DNA of 64,000 nucleotides from Klebsiella phage iPHaGe-KPN-11i. The DNA lies in sequence record OR637327.1. One strand, given 5' to 3'. The position numbers and the translations under genes are program-made. The notes beneath the pieces were generated by a model. It had not been told where the DNA came from. It worked only from the letters and a program-made list of their open reading frames with translations, and ran no database searches. Positions 17,324 through 26,307 of the stretch are shown one piece after another. How positions within the stretch are numbered: the stretch's first letter is position 1; the number at the start of each line of letters is the position of its first letter.

Positions 17324-18763
17324 ATGATCGTCGAAACAATATTTTCAAATCTGGTTTTTAATGGTACGTATTTTGTTCAGGCGTGGCCCCATTTACGCCG
17401 TGAATATTTCGAAGGGAACGCGCAGATTCTCTTTGATTTGATGGATAAGCACGTACAGGAATTCAACAGCATTCCTTCACAAACTGCTTTAGAAGTAGCT
17501 CTGGACAAAAAGAGCCTGAGTGATGTAGTCTACGAAGATACCAAAAAGATGATCCGCAGCATGAAAAATGCGCCGGAAGATCTGGAATGGTTGATGAAAG
17601 AAACGGAAACCTATTGTCGTGACAAGGCAATGTATCGCGCTCTGTCCCGTGCAATTGAGATCCAGGCGAATGCTGAAAAACCTGCTGGCGAACGCAACAA
17701 CAAAATCCCTGATGTTGGGGCAATCCCTGACATCATGGCGGAAGCGTTAGCGATTAGCTTCGATAGTTCGGTCGGTCATGATTACTTCGAAGACTATGAA
17801 AAACGCTGGATGCTTTACCAGTCCAAAGCGATGAAGATTCCGTTCAATATCCCGATCCTGAACGCCATTACCAAAGGCGGGGCGGAACGCGGTACACTGA
17901 ACATCTTAATGGCTGGTGTTAACGTTGGTAAATCTCTGGGGCTTTGTTCTCTCGCTGCTGATTACCTGCAATCAGGTAAAAACGTCCTGTATATCAGTAT
18001 GGAAATGGCTGAACACGTTTGTTCTAAACGTATTGACGCTAACCTGCTTGATGTTGCGATGGACGATATCGACAACGGGAACATTACCTATGCGGACTAT
18101 AAGAACCGTATGGAGCGCCTCAAACAGACGAAGGTCGGGCGTTTAATCGTTAAGCAATACCCAACAGCAGGGGCGAACGCGAACCACTTCAAAGCGCTGA
18201 TTAAAGAGCTTAAATTGAAGAAAAACTTCGTGCCTGATGTGATTATTGTTGACTACCTGGGGATCTGTGCTTCTACCCGTGTACGCGGGGCGGAAAATAC
18301 ATACATCCTGGTTAAAGCGATTGCCGAAGAACTTCGTGGTTTGGCTGTTGAAACAAATACCGTAATGTGGACTGGTGCGCAGACTACCCGCGCCGCGTGG
18401 GATGCTTCTGATATCAGCATGGGCGACGTTGCCGAATCTGCTGGTCTTCCGGCTACCGCTGACTTTATGTTAGCTGTGATCGAGACCGACGAGTTAGCTG
18501 ATCAGGGCTTGCAGTTGTTCAAGCAGATCAAATCCCGTTACGGCGATAAGAACCACTTTAACCACTTTAAACTCGAAGTGCGCAAGGGTAATCAACGCTG
18601 GATGGATACCGACAACAGCGATATCGGGTTCAAATCTGATTATAAAGGTCGTCAGATGCCGAAAACGCTTGAAGAAGCACAAGGTGCTATGGTAAAACAA
18701 GCTGAGACTAACCGAAGCAGTAAGTTAGCCGAAGTAGCAAACAGTACAGACATTCAATTTTAA
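17324..18763 (+). CDS. 41: replicative DNA helicase gp41 (DnaB-like)
   Basis: MIVETIFSNLVFNGTYF...LNILMAGVNVGKSLGLCSLAADYLQSGKNVLYISMEMAE...IIVDYLGIC is near-colinear with T4 gp41. Confidence 0.95.
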   Translation: MIVETIFSNLVFNGTYFVQAWPHLRREYFEGNAQILFDLMDKHVQEFNSIPSQTALEVALDKKSLSDVVYEDTKKMIRSMKNAPEDLEWLMKETETYCRDKAMYRALSRAIEIQANAEKPAGERNNKIPDVGAIPDIMAEALAISFDSSVGHDYFEDYEKRWMLYQSKAMKIPFNIPILNAITKGGAERGTLNILMAGVNVGKSLGLCSLAADYLQSGKNVLYISMEMAEHVCSKRIDANLLDVAMDDIDNGNITYADYKNRMERLKQTKVGRLIVKQYPTAGANANHFKALIKELKLKKNFVPDVIIVDYLGICASTRVRGAENTYILVKAIAEELRGLAVETNTVMWTGAQTTRAAWDASDISMGDVAESAGLPATADFMLAVIETDELADQGLQLFKQIKSRYGDKNHFNHFKLEVRKGNQRWMDTDNSDIGFKSDYKGRQMPKTLEEAQGAMVKQAETNRSSKLAEVANSTDIQF

Positions 18764-18796
18764 CGGGGCTTCGGCCCCAATCAAAGGTATAGTGAA

Positions 18797-19006
18797 ATGA
18801 AAAAGATTCTCGTTATTGTGTTCCTGATCCTCCTGTCTCTGAAACTGGCAGCAATCGGGGTTATGGCAAATGCTTCCTGGTGGCTTGTGTTTGCACCACT
18901 GATCGTGATCGGTGTGGTTAAACTGGCGGTGTGGGTGTTCATCATCGTAGCAATGGCAAATGTATTCCCTAAACTGTCTCTCTGGGTTGCAAAAAACCTA
19001 AAATAA
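18797..19006 (+). CDS. small membrane protein (69 aa, 2 TM)
   Basis: Hydrophobic MKKILVIVFLILLSLKLAAIGV...; SD present. Confidence 0.5.
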   Translation: MKKILVIVFLILLSLKLAAIGVMANASWWLVFAPLIVIGVVKLAVWVFIIVAMANVFPKLSLWVAKNLK

Positions 19007-19019
19007 TTCGAAAAACTTG

Positions 19020-19047
19020 TTGACGGGAGTTCTGGTTGTGATAATAT
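19020..19047 (+). promoter_or_regulatory. putative early promoter TTGACG-N16-TAATAT with the -10 enclosed in a 7-bp-stem hairpin (CGGGAGT...ACTCCCG)
   Basis: TTGACG at 19020-19025, TAATAT at 19042-19047. Inverted repeat at 19024-19030 / 19049-19055. Followed by the ACGAAACGG...AGGAGAT leader. Confidence 0.4.
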
Positions 19048-19085
19048 GACTCCCGTAGACAACGAAACGGATTAGGAGATACCAA

Positions 19086-19340
19086 ATGAACTTACTGAAC
19101 AACCCATACGACGAAGTGATGAACCCAGAACTGGATTTCAGCGCGGGTTATTTCGATGCAGTAGTGAACAGCGTAGTAAACAGAGGTTTGCTGGTTGAAA
19201 TGCTGAAAAGTGGGAAAGCAGATGTTGAAGGTAGCGTTGATTTCCTCTGGGGCTTCCTCCCAATCGACCCAGAATTCAAACTCTGCTGTAACGAAGTTCA
19301 GGCAAAAAACGTTCTTCGGTATCTTATCAACAAAGCATAA
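19086..19340 (+). CDS. hypothetical protein (84 aa)
   Basis: ORF with SD AGGAGAT. A strong terminator follows at 19346-19369. Confidence 0.5.
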   Translation: MNLLNNPYDEVMNPELDFSAGYFDAVVNSVVNRGLLVEMLKSGKADVEGSVDFLWGFLPIDPEFKLCCNEVQAKNVLRYLINKA

Positions 19341-19345
19341 AAATT

Positions 19346-19369
19346 AAGCCCCGAAAGGGGCTTTTTTGT
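19346..19369 (+). terminator. intrinsic terminator
   Basis: AAGCCCCGAAAGGGGCTT followed by TTTTTT. Confidence 0.65.
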
Positions 19370-19435
19370 ATCTATAGGTATTGCAATCCTTCTCGAAAGG
19401 TGATACCTTATTCTAAACAAACAAAGGAGGACATC

Positions 19436-19666
19436 ATGAAACTTGCAATCGCTTTTATCTTACTGGTTCTAAACGCACTTATGGGCTTTCCGTTCCCGTG
19501 GTTGGTGCTTCTGGCTATCCCGTTTGCCTGGAACCTGTTCAGAATCGGTTTAGCGGGTTGTGTTGGTGTCCTAATGCTTATCATCGGCGCTATCGGTGGC
19601 AAAGACGCTTTTATCGGTGTTTTGAAAGCCATGAAAGAGGGCGTTAAAGAAGGTTTAGTGAAATGA
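19436..19666 (+). CDS. small membrane protein (76 aa, 3 TM)
   Basis: SD AAGGAGG then ATG at 19436 (MKLAIAFILLVLNALMGFPFPWLVLLAIPFAW...). The ORF track's 19400 start is a GTG upstream of the SD. Confidence 0.5.
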   Translation: MKLAIAFILLVLNALMGFPFPWLVLLAIPFAWNLFRIGLAGCVGVLMLIIGAIGGKDAFIGVLKAMKEGVKEGLVK

Positions 19667-20049
19667 GTGATTTATTAGATATGATACTTCCAGACGAAGA
19701 AGAACCGAAGTTCGAAAGTCCGTATCGTTCAGAATGGATCGTATCGGTTGACGACAAAGGCTATGTTGATATCATGCGCTGGCCTAATATTCATCCTGGC
19801 TATCTGGATGAAGGTATCAATGCGGAAATGCTGGGTATGCCTGAACAGGTTGAAGATCCTGCTGGGGTGTATAAGTGGATTTGCAGCCCGTGGGAAACCC
19901 GCGACTGGGAAAGCAATATTGTTGATGATTGGGGCTTTGATGTGGTAGAATCTACCCCTCTGTTCTTATTACCGGAAAAAGCCAATGGCGAAGTTAACGA
20001 AAGCGGAAACCAAACAGCACAACAAGATAATGGATCTGGTGGAGTCTGA
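19663..20049 (+). CDS. hypothetical acidic protein (128 aa)
   Basis: ORF overlapping neighbouring genes. C-terminus is low-complexity and overlaps the MTase start. Confidence 0.4.
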   Translation: MSDLLDMILPDEEEPKFESPYRSEWIVSVDDKGYVDIMRWPNIHPGYLDEGINAEMLGMPEQVEDPAGVYKWICSPWETRDWESNIVDDWGFDVVESTPLFLLPEKANGEVNESGNQTAQQDNGSGGV

Positions 20050-20770
20050 CAAGGCGCTAACCTACGACGAAAAGTTATTCATTATCGAAAACTTCCATGA
20101 AGGTGCATTTACGAATAACTCTGAACTGGGCGCATTCTTTACCCCGATCGGACTTGCTCGCGATTTCACTATTGATGCTTGTACCAGTGGAAGCGTTGTT
20201 GACCTGTGCGCGGGTATTGGTGGGCTATCCTTCGCGATGCTTCACATGATGATGTACGCCAAACCGCGTGAAATCGTCTGTGTTGAGTTAAACCATACAT
20301 ACTATAAGTTGGGTAAGCGTATCGTACCGGAAGCGACCTGGATTAACGCAGACGCGTTAACGACGGAGTTTGATACTCTGTTTGATATGGCGATCAGCAA
20401 TCCACCTTTCGGTAAGATAAAGACATCCGATTTTAAGGGTAAGTATACGGGCGCGGAATTTGAATATAAAGTGATTGAACGTGCTTCACAGATTGCCCGT
20501 GCGGGTACGTTCATTCTCCCGCAGATGTCCGCGAATTTCCGTTACTCTGGACGGCGTTATTTCCAACAGGACGAATCAACGACAACATCGAAATGCAAAA
20601 AGTTTCTTGATGAAACTGGCCTTGAAATGCAACCTGGTTGCGGCATTGATACCGGATACTATCTGGAGGAATGGAAAGGCGTGAAGCCGATGTGTGAAGT
20701 TGTCTGTATGGAATTCCCTGAACCGGAGCCAGAACCCGCGCAAAACCTTTTCACTTTCACAATAGAGTAA
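19985..20770 (+). CDS. SAM-dependent N6-adenine (or N4-cytosine) methyltransferase, NPPF type
   Basis: Motif I VDLCAGIGGLS (about aa 73) and motif IV ISNPPFGK (about aa 139), in gamma-class order. Distinct from the DPPY Dam found at the window's end. The start could instead be MDLVESD at 20030. Confidence 0.6.
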   Translation: MAKLTKAETKQHNKIMDLVESDKALTYDEKLFIIENFHEGAFTNNSELGAFFTPIGLARDFTIDACTSGSVVDLCAGIGGLSFAMLHMMMYAKPREIVCVELNHTYYKLGKRIVPEATWINADALTTEFDTLFDMAISNPPFGKIKTSDFKGKYTGAEFEYKVIERASQIARAGTFILPQMSANFRYSGRRYFQQDESTTTSKCKKFLDETGLEMQPGCGIDTGYYLEEWKGVKPMCEVVCMEFPEPEPEPAQNLFTFTIE

Positions 20771-20775
20771 AGACT

Positions 20776-21270
20776 ATGAGCGATCAATTAATCAAAAACA
20801 TGGATTTAACCTACAGTGTGCGAATGATTCGCCTACTGAAAAAACCCTGGACTGAATGGACGGCTTACAAGCTGGGGATCATCGACGGTCAAGGCGAAGT
20901 AATCAAGAACCCGAAGACGAAGGAAGAACTGGAAGCATATTCCCCGTTCCATCGCTCTGTAAGGCACATCAAGCGCCGTTTAAACGCGGTTCCTTATATG
21001 TCTGGGTTCATGAACCTTACGAGCGCGTATGACTCGCTACGGAACCGCTGGAACCTGACCGAGCAAGAGCACGAAGAAATCATGATGAACCTCCCAGAAC
21101 TTCGCGAAAGACTCAACGAAGAAATGGTTGCAGGTGATTCAGGCGGAAGTGTAGATAACATTGCTTCGGGTGTGACTACAGGCGCGATCACGAACAAAGG
21201 GCCGAAGGTTCTGGGTTCTACGCGTCCATATAAACGCAAACGGAAGATCATGAAAAATGATACGGAATGA
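20776..21270 (+). CDS. hypothetical protein (164 aa)
   Basis: ORF with a basic C-terminus (RPYKRKRKIMK). Confidence 0.45.
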   Translation: MSDQLIKNMDLTYSVRMIRLLKKPWTEWTAYKLGIIDGQGEVIKNPKTKEELEAYSPFHRSVRHIKRRLNAVPYMSGFMNLTSAYDSLRNRWNLTEQEHEEIMMNLPELRERLNEEMVAGDSGGSVDNIASGVTTGAITNKGPKVLGSTRPYKRKRKIMKNDTE

Positions 21271-21418
21271 CCTTGAGCGGTTGCCTATTCGCGAAATCGA
21301 AAAGCGGATCGAGAACATGAAAGGCATTTTAGAAAAATATCCGTATATGCAGGGCATTGTCGTTTATATTGAACGGCTACGCGCTGCAAGGGCATCCAAG
21401 ATAGGAAGGAAGAAATGA
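21257..21418 (+). CDS. possible small protein (53 aa)
   Basis: Own translation MIRNDLERLPIREIEKRIENMKGILEKYPYMQGIVVYIERLRAARASKIGRKK. Fills the 21271-21414 gap, and its stop overlaps the next start (ATGA). Below the ORF-track size cut-off. Confidence 0.3.
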   Translation: MIRNDLERLPIREIEKRIENMKGILEKYPYMQGIVVYIERLRAARASKIGRKK

Positions 21419-21636
21419 AACCATTACCGCCATTGAATTATCGGATCTGGGTTACTGCGAACAATTACACCTGGTTTCCGATCCGTATCAAGTACATGAG
21501 CGACACAGCGATCGTGTACACGAACGAAAGAAAATTTGCGCCGCGTGTCGATATTCCTAGACCTTATCCGTTTGATAAGATATTCTGTGAATGGAAAATC
21601 ACTTTAGACGGCACAGAGAAAGAAGTTAGCCGATAG
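21415..21636 (+). CDS. hypothetical protein (73 aa)
   Basis: ORF immediately upstream of the primase gene. Confidence 0.4.
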   Translation: MKPLPPLNYRIWVTANNYTWFPIRIKYMSDTAIVYTNERKFAPRVDIPRPYPFDKIFCEWKITLDGTEKEVSR

Positions 21637-21644
21637 AGGTAAAC

Positions 21645-22670
21645 ATGTATCTTGATATAGAGTTCGCAACTCGTATCATGGGATCATTACCACAAAGCGA
21701 AATCGTTCGACGGGGTGGGGAATTCAGTATCCATTCCCGTTGTCCGATTTGTGGCGACTCCATGAAGGATAAGCACAAAAAACGTTTTTGGATCTTTCCA
21801 TCAAAACGAGGCACACACATGATGTGTGGTTGTTTTAACTGCAACTACAGCAAGCCGTTTTCTGTGTTTCTGAAAGATTATTACCCGGATGATTACACGG
21901 CGTATTTGATGGAATCTTTCAAGGATCGTAAAGATTTAAAACAGACGCACGAAGAACCGCCGAAGGAAGAAAAGAAATATATTCCTGAATTGCAGTTCTG
22001 CGAACGTCTGGACACGTTGCCAGAAAATCACCCTATCGTTAAGTATGTTGCAGGTCGTCACATACCTAAAGACAAATATGATCGCCTCTGGTTTACGCGT
22101 CAATGGCAACACCTGGTTAACTCTGTGAATGCGGACGCATACCCTTTACCGAAGGATGAACCGCGTTTGGTGATCCCTATCTTTGATGCTAAGGGCAAAA
22201 TCGAATCATTCCAGGGACGCGCCTTGCGTGACAATGCCGCAGCCAAATACATGACAATCAAAGCGTGTGAGCACTCAACGAAAGTATATGGTCAAGATAC
22301 CATCGATCCGTTGAAACCTGTCTACCTGCTTGAAGGGCCGCTGGATAGCCTGTTTGTAGATAATGCTGGGGCGATTACGGGCGGACAAATGGCGTTGTCT
22401 GACGTTCCGTATAAAAATATGCGTGTCTGGGTTCTTGACAATGAACGACATCATCCAGATACTACTCACCGCCTTTTAAAATTGATTGAGGCTGGCGAAA
22501 AGGTTGTGTTGTGGGACAAATGCCCGTGGCCGTCAAAAGATATCAACGAAATGATAAAAACTGACGGCGCAACTAAACTTGAAATCATGCAGTATTTGAA
22601 AGAGAATACTGTTTCTGGACTCACGGCGAAACTTCGGTTTAAGTCGTGGGACAAATCACCGAAAAAATGA
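21645..22670 (+). CDS. 61: DNA primase gp61
   Basis: N-terminal zinc ribbon CPICGDS...CGCFNC and a TOPRIM-like core (LLEGPLDSLF...VLDNE). 341 aa versus 342 in T4 gp61. Confidence 0.85.
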   Translation: MYLDIEFATRIMGSLPQSEIVRRGGEFSIHSRCPICGDSMKDKHKKRFWIFPSKRGTHMMCGCFNCNYSKPFSVFLKDYYPDDYTAYLMESFKDRKDLKQTHEEPPKEEKKYIPELQFCERLDTLPENHPIVKYVAGRHIPKDKYDRLWFTRQWQHLVNSVNADAYPLPKDEPRLVIPIFDAKGKIESFQGRALRDNAAAKYMTIKACEHSTKVYGQDTIDPLKPVYLLEGPLDSLFVDNAGAITGGQMALSDVPYKNMRVWVLDNERHHPDTTHRLLKLIEAGEKVVLWDKCPWPSKDINEMIKTDGATKLEIMQYLKENTVSGLTAKLRFKSWDKSPKK

Positions 22671-22677
22671 GATTGAT

Positions 22678-23211
22678 ATGACTGATAAAACTCCTGTTTT
22701 TAATAGCTGTGCGCACTTGGTTAAAGCCGATGATCTGGAAATGGTAGAAGGTTTCTACCGCAATGCATTACAGAACGGAATCGACCCGCTGCAAAAGATG
22801 CTTGACTTGCAAGATCATGCACAGCAAAGCCTGTCTGATACCCTGAATTGGGTTCCACGTCCGAACGAACTGCAAACGTGCGGTGATATCCTGGACTGGC
22901 TGAAACTGCAAGATGATGCGATCGCAGACGAAACCCGCGAACTTTACACCGCTCTGGGTGGTATGTCTCGCGGTGCAAAAGCGGCTTCCGGTGTATGGAA
23001 ACCGTGGAAAGCAAATCATCAAGAACTGCGTAGCCAGGTATTCGCAGAAATGAAAGAAGAAGACAAACTGGAAATCTTGTTTGAACTGATTGACCAGTGG
23101 CACTTCTTCATGTGTAAGTTCCTCGCGTTGGGACTGGATGCGGAAACCATCTACAAGCTGTATGCTCTGAAACAGGCGGAAAACCTGCGTCGTTGGGCGA
23201 ACAACTACTAA
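22678..23211 (+). CDS. 56: dCTP/dUTP pyrophosphatase gp56 (MazG-like)
   Basis: CAHLVKADDLEM...LDLQDHAQQSL...GDILDWLKLQDDAIADETRELYTALGGMSRGAKAASGVWKPWKANHQEL...LEILFELIDQWHFFMCKFLALGLDAETIYKLYALKQAENLRRW is colinear with T4 gp56. Confidence 0.9.
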   Translation: MTDKTPVFNSCAHLVKADDLEMVEGFYRNALQNGIDPLQKMLDLQDHAQQSLSDTLNWVPRPNELQTCGDILDWLKLQDDAIADETRELYTALGGMSRGAKAASGVWKPWKANHQELRSQVFAEMKEEDKLEILFELIDQWHFFMCKFLALGLDAETIYKLYALKQAENLRRWANNY

Positions 23212-23393
23212 TGGAAATCGCCGCGCTTTATGCTGTATTCGTTTTGTCTTACATCTTATGCGCGGTGATAACGTATCTCTTCGGATGGTGCGTTTTCCAC
23301 GTTAACGGTGTTGACAGAAAAGCCGCTTTGATAGTAATATCATTGCTATGGGTTATAGGTTTTTTCTACGTCATCTATGAGGGGCGAAAATGA
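23193..23393 (+). CDS. small membrane protein (66 aa)
   Basis: Two hydrophobic segments. Confidence 0.45.
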   Translation: MGEQLLMEIAALYAVFVLSYILCAVITYLFGWCVFHVNGVDRKAALIVISLLWVIGFFYVIYEGRK

Positions 23394-23677
23394 TTGACAA
23401 ATACTATATCATTGTTACGAAAGACAAAGACGGCTTTACTATTCCATACGTTGAAAACGGGAAAACGCCGGAACTGTTTGCATCACCGCAACTTGCAAAA
23501 GATAAATTAGATTTTATCCGCAAGTGCTACGAAACCAAACTGAACTACACGCCGGATGAACCGCGTTTCAGTTTCTTCCGCAAAACCGAGCAACTACCAG
23601 CAACCGAAGAACAGAAAAAAGAGATGCGTTGGTTTATTGAGAATTCGAAAATTCAAGGGGTATTACTCAAATTATGA
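23390..23677 (+). CDS. hypothetical protein (95 aa)
   Basis: ORF with ATGA overlaps on both sides. Confidence 0.45.
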   Translation: MIDKYYIIVTKDKDGFTIPYVENGKTPELFASPQLAKDKLDFIRKCYETKLNYTPDEPRFSFFRKTEQLPATEEQKKEMRWFIENSKIQGVLLKL

Positions 23678-25005
23678 GCGAGTTAACATTTGATGATCTG
23701 AGTGACGATCAGAAGTCCGCGCATGATCGCGTTATCCACAACATCCAGAACGCCATTCATACAACTATTACGGGTGGCCCTGGTGTTGGTAAAACAACAC
23801 TGGTTAAGTTTGTCTTTAACACTCTGAAAGGGTTGGGGATTAGCGGTATTTGGTTAACTGCCCCAACACACCAGGCTAAAAACGTGTTAGCAGCGGCTAC
23901 CGGAATGGACGCAACAACGATTCATTCTGCATTGAAGATTAGCCCTGTGACTAACGAAGAACTGCGTGTGTTCGAACAGCAGAAAGGCAAGAAAGCGCCT
24001 GATCTGTCTACCTGTCGCGTGTTCGTTGTTGAAGAAGTCTCGATGGTTGATATGGATCTGTTCCGAATCATCCGGCGCAGTATTCCAAGCAACGCTGTTA
24101 TTCTGGGACTGGGTGATAAAGATCAGATCCGTCCGGTAAACGCCGATGGACGTGTTGAACTCTCCCCGTTCTTTGATGAAGAAATCTTTGATGTTATCCG
24201 TATGGATAAAATCATGCGTCAGGCAGAAGGGAACCCGATTATTCAGGTTTCACGGGCTGTACGTGATGGTAAGATGCTGAAACCGATGTCTGTCGGTGAT
24301 CTGGGTGTGTTCCAACATGCTAACGCTGTTGACTTCCTCCGTCAGTATTTCCGCCGTGTTAAAACGCCGGATGACTTGATCGAGAACCGCATGTTCGCGT
24401 ACACTAACGACAACGTGGACAAGCTGAACGCAACGATCCGCAAACACCTGTACAAAACAACAGAACCTTTCATTCTCGATGAAGTGATCGTGATGCAGGA
24501 ACCGTTAGTTCAGGAAATGCGGTTGAACGGGCAAATCTTCACCGAGATTGTTTATAACAACAACGAAAAAATCCGAGTCTTAGAAATCATCCCGCGTCGG
24601 GAAGTTATCAAGGCGGAGAAGTGCGACGAGAAGATCGAAATTGAATTCTATCTCCTGAAAACGGTATCGCTCGAAGAGGAAACCGAAGCACAGATTCAGG
24701 TTGTTGTTGATCCGGTGATGAAAGACCGTTTGGGTAACTATCTGGCTTACGTTGCGAGCACTTATAAGCGCATCAAGCAACAAACAGGCTATAAAGCCCC
24801 GTGGCATTCGTTCTGGGCGATTAAAAACAAGTTCCAGGATGTTAAGCCTCTTCCGGTTTGTACTTACCACAAATCACAGGGGAGCACGTATGACCATGCG
24901 TACATGTACACGCGCGATGCGTATGCGTTCGCAGATTACGATCTGTGTAAGCAGTTAATCTATGTGGGCGTAACCCGCGCACGTTACACCGTTGATTATG
25001 TATAA
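23674..25005 (+). CDS. dda: SF1B DNA helicase Dda
   Basis: ITGGPGVGKTT, LTAPTHQAKN, VFVVEEVSMVD, LGDKDQIRPV, YHKSQGSTYD, YVGVTRARYTVDYV; colinear with T4 Dda and the same length (443 versus 439 aa). Confidence 0.95.
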   Translation: MSELTFDDLSDDQKSAHDRVIHNIQNAIHTTITGGPGVGKTTLVKFVFNTLKGLGISGIWLTAPTHQAKNVLAAATGMDATTIHSALKISPVTNEELRVFEQQKGKKAPDLSTCRVFVVEEVSMVDMDLFRIIRRSIPSNAVILGLGDKDQIRPVNADGRVELSPFFDEEIFDVIRMDKIMRQAEGNPIIQVSRAVRDGKMLKPMSVGDLGVFQHANAVDFLRQYFRRVKTPDDLIENRMFAYTNDNVDKLNATIRKHLYKTTEPFILDEVIVMQEPLVQEMRLNGQIFTEIVYNNNEKIRVLEIIPRREVIKAEKCDEKIEIEFYLLKTVSLEEETEAQIQVVVDPVMKDRLGNYLAYVASTYKRIKQQTGYKAPWHSFWAIKNKFQDVKPLPVCTYHKSQGSTYDHAYMYTRDAYAFADYDLCKQLIYVGVTRARYTVDYV

Positions 25006-25024
25006 GGGGCGTTGCCCCTTTTGA
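25006..25024 (+). terminator. hairpin terminator after dda
   Basis: AGGGGCGTTGCCCCT followed by TTTT. Confidence 0.55.
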
Positions 25025-25031
25025 GGTTATT

Positions 25032-25346
25032 ATGAAATTGACTATCCTTGTAAAAGACATTCCCCGAATTCTGGAAGCTCTCGATAAAATTCGAGAAAAA
25101 GACCCACACGCGATCACCATGTTCGGGATGTATAGCGCAGCAGATCCAAGCGAAGTTATTCACCGTTTGCGCTTCATTGAAAAGTCTAACGATGTTCTTT
25201 ATTCTCCGAACGGGCCAAGTTATTCATGGTCTCCTATTGCAAAAGAAGTTGAACTGACTTATGATGAATATGGCGTTATCGTGCTGATCCTTAGAATGGC
25301 ACGAAACATTCGTGAAGATAAAGACATATGGACACTAATATCATGA
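25032..25346 (+). CDS. hypothetical protein (104 aa)
   Basis: ORF with SD. Confidence 0.45.
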   Translation: MKLTILVKDIPRILEALDKIREKDPHAITMFGMYSAADPSEVIHRLRFIEKSNDVLYSPNGPSYSWSPIAKEVELTYDEYGVIVLILRMARNIREDKDIWTLIS

Positions 25347-25639
25347 AAAAAGATGTATCTATCCAGATCCCACGCCTCCACGCGGAAGCAATTGCAGACC
25401 TGATTTTCAAAACTCCACGCACAGACCTTCCGGTGAATATTGATATTGATTTGCTCTATGAATTCATGGAAGCTGTTGAAAATGCAAGCCGCCTGGAAAA
25501 AGCGATCTATCATTGCGGTTTGCGTCAGTTCGGAATGATGTCAATGGCTAGCGAAGAGATCCGAACATTCGACATCAACCCAGAAGTTGCGCTTACGCTG
25601 GCATACTTCATGGAAGAGTACAAGCGGAGAAGTTCATGA
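25328..25639 (+). CDS. hypothetical protein (103 aa)
   Basis: ORF overlapping its neighbours by a few nt. Confidence 0.45.
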   Translation: MDTNIMKKDVSIQIPRLHAEAIADLIFKTPRTDLPVNIDIDLLYEFMEAVENASRLEKAIYHCGLRQFGMMSMASEEIRTFDINPEVALTLAYFMEEYKRRSS

Positions 25640-26307
25640 GTCATTTACCCGTAGATTACGTATGGGATTATGAAACGGTTGGTCCTTCCCCGAACGGGAA
25701 GGTGATCGAACTCTCATACGTTCCGTTTGTTGATGATCCACACAACCCGCCAACGTTCGCGGAACTGGTTGCAAGGGGACGCAAATACAAATTCGATTTG
25801 CGTAATCAGCCCGATCGTATTGCCGATCAGGGAACAATCGCCTGGTGGAAACAACAAAGCGAAGAAGCCCGCACAATCCTGAAACCGTCGCCGGAGGATT
25901 TGGAACTGTATGCAGGACACAGACAATTCTTCGAAGACCTGAAAGCGGACGGTGTGAGCCGTTGGCAATCACTCGATTACGTTCGCGGCCCTGAATTCGA
26001 TCGCGGTATCCTGGTTGATATCGTGCGTAAGATGGTTGGTAAGATCGACATCTTCGAAGATATGCCGACCGTGTTCTGGAATAGTCGCGATGTGCGTACA
26101 TGTATCGAAAACCGCCTGTTAACGCGTGATGCTTCGACCTGTCCTCTTCGGAAAGGGTTACTTGATGGTTTTGTGATGCATAATTCAATTCACGATTGCG
26201 CGAAAGATGTTTTGATGATAGTCTATTCATTGAGATATGCGCTGGGGCTGGAAGAACCCCCAAGTGAAGAAGAAACCGATCCATTGAGTCTGCCGAGGAA
26301 AAGATGA
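25636..26307 (+). CDS. dexA: exonuclease A (DnaQ-like 3'-5' exonuclease)
   Basis: 223 aa versus 227 in T4 DexA. Exo I motif VWDYETVG. Same position relative to dda as in T4. Confidence 0.75.
   Translation: MSHLPVDYVWDYETVGPSPNGKVIELSYVPFVDDPHNPPTFAELVARGRKYKFDLRNQPDRIADQGTIAWWKQQSEEARTILKPSPEDLELYAGHRQFFEDLKADGVSRWQSLDYVRGPEFDRGILVDIVRKMVGKIDIFEDMPTVFWNSRDVRTCIENRLLTRDASTCPLRKGLLDGFVMHNSIHDCAKDVLMIVYSLRYALGLEEPPSEEETDPLSLPRKR

Noticed and set aside
15745-18763. Absence of genes 42, imm and beta-gt between 43 and uvsX taken as proof that the phage has unmodified cytosine
   Set aside because: Only 64 kb of a roughly 165-kb genome is visible, so these genes could be located elsewhere. Kept as a hypothesis rather than a conclusion.
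19020-19045. TTGACG ... GATAAT as a promoter
   Set aside because: The spacer between these hexamers is only 14 nt. The usable -10 is the overlapping TAATAT (spacer 16).
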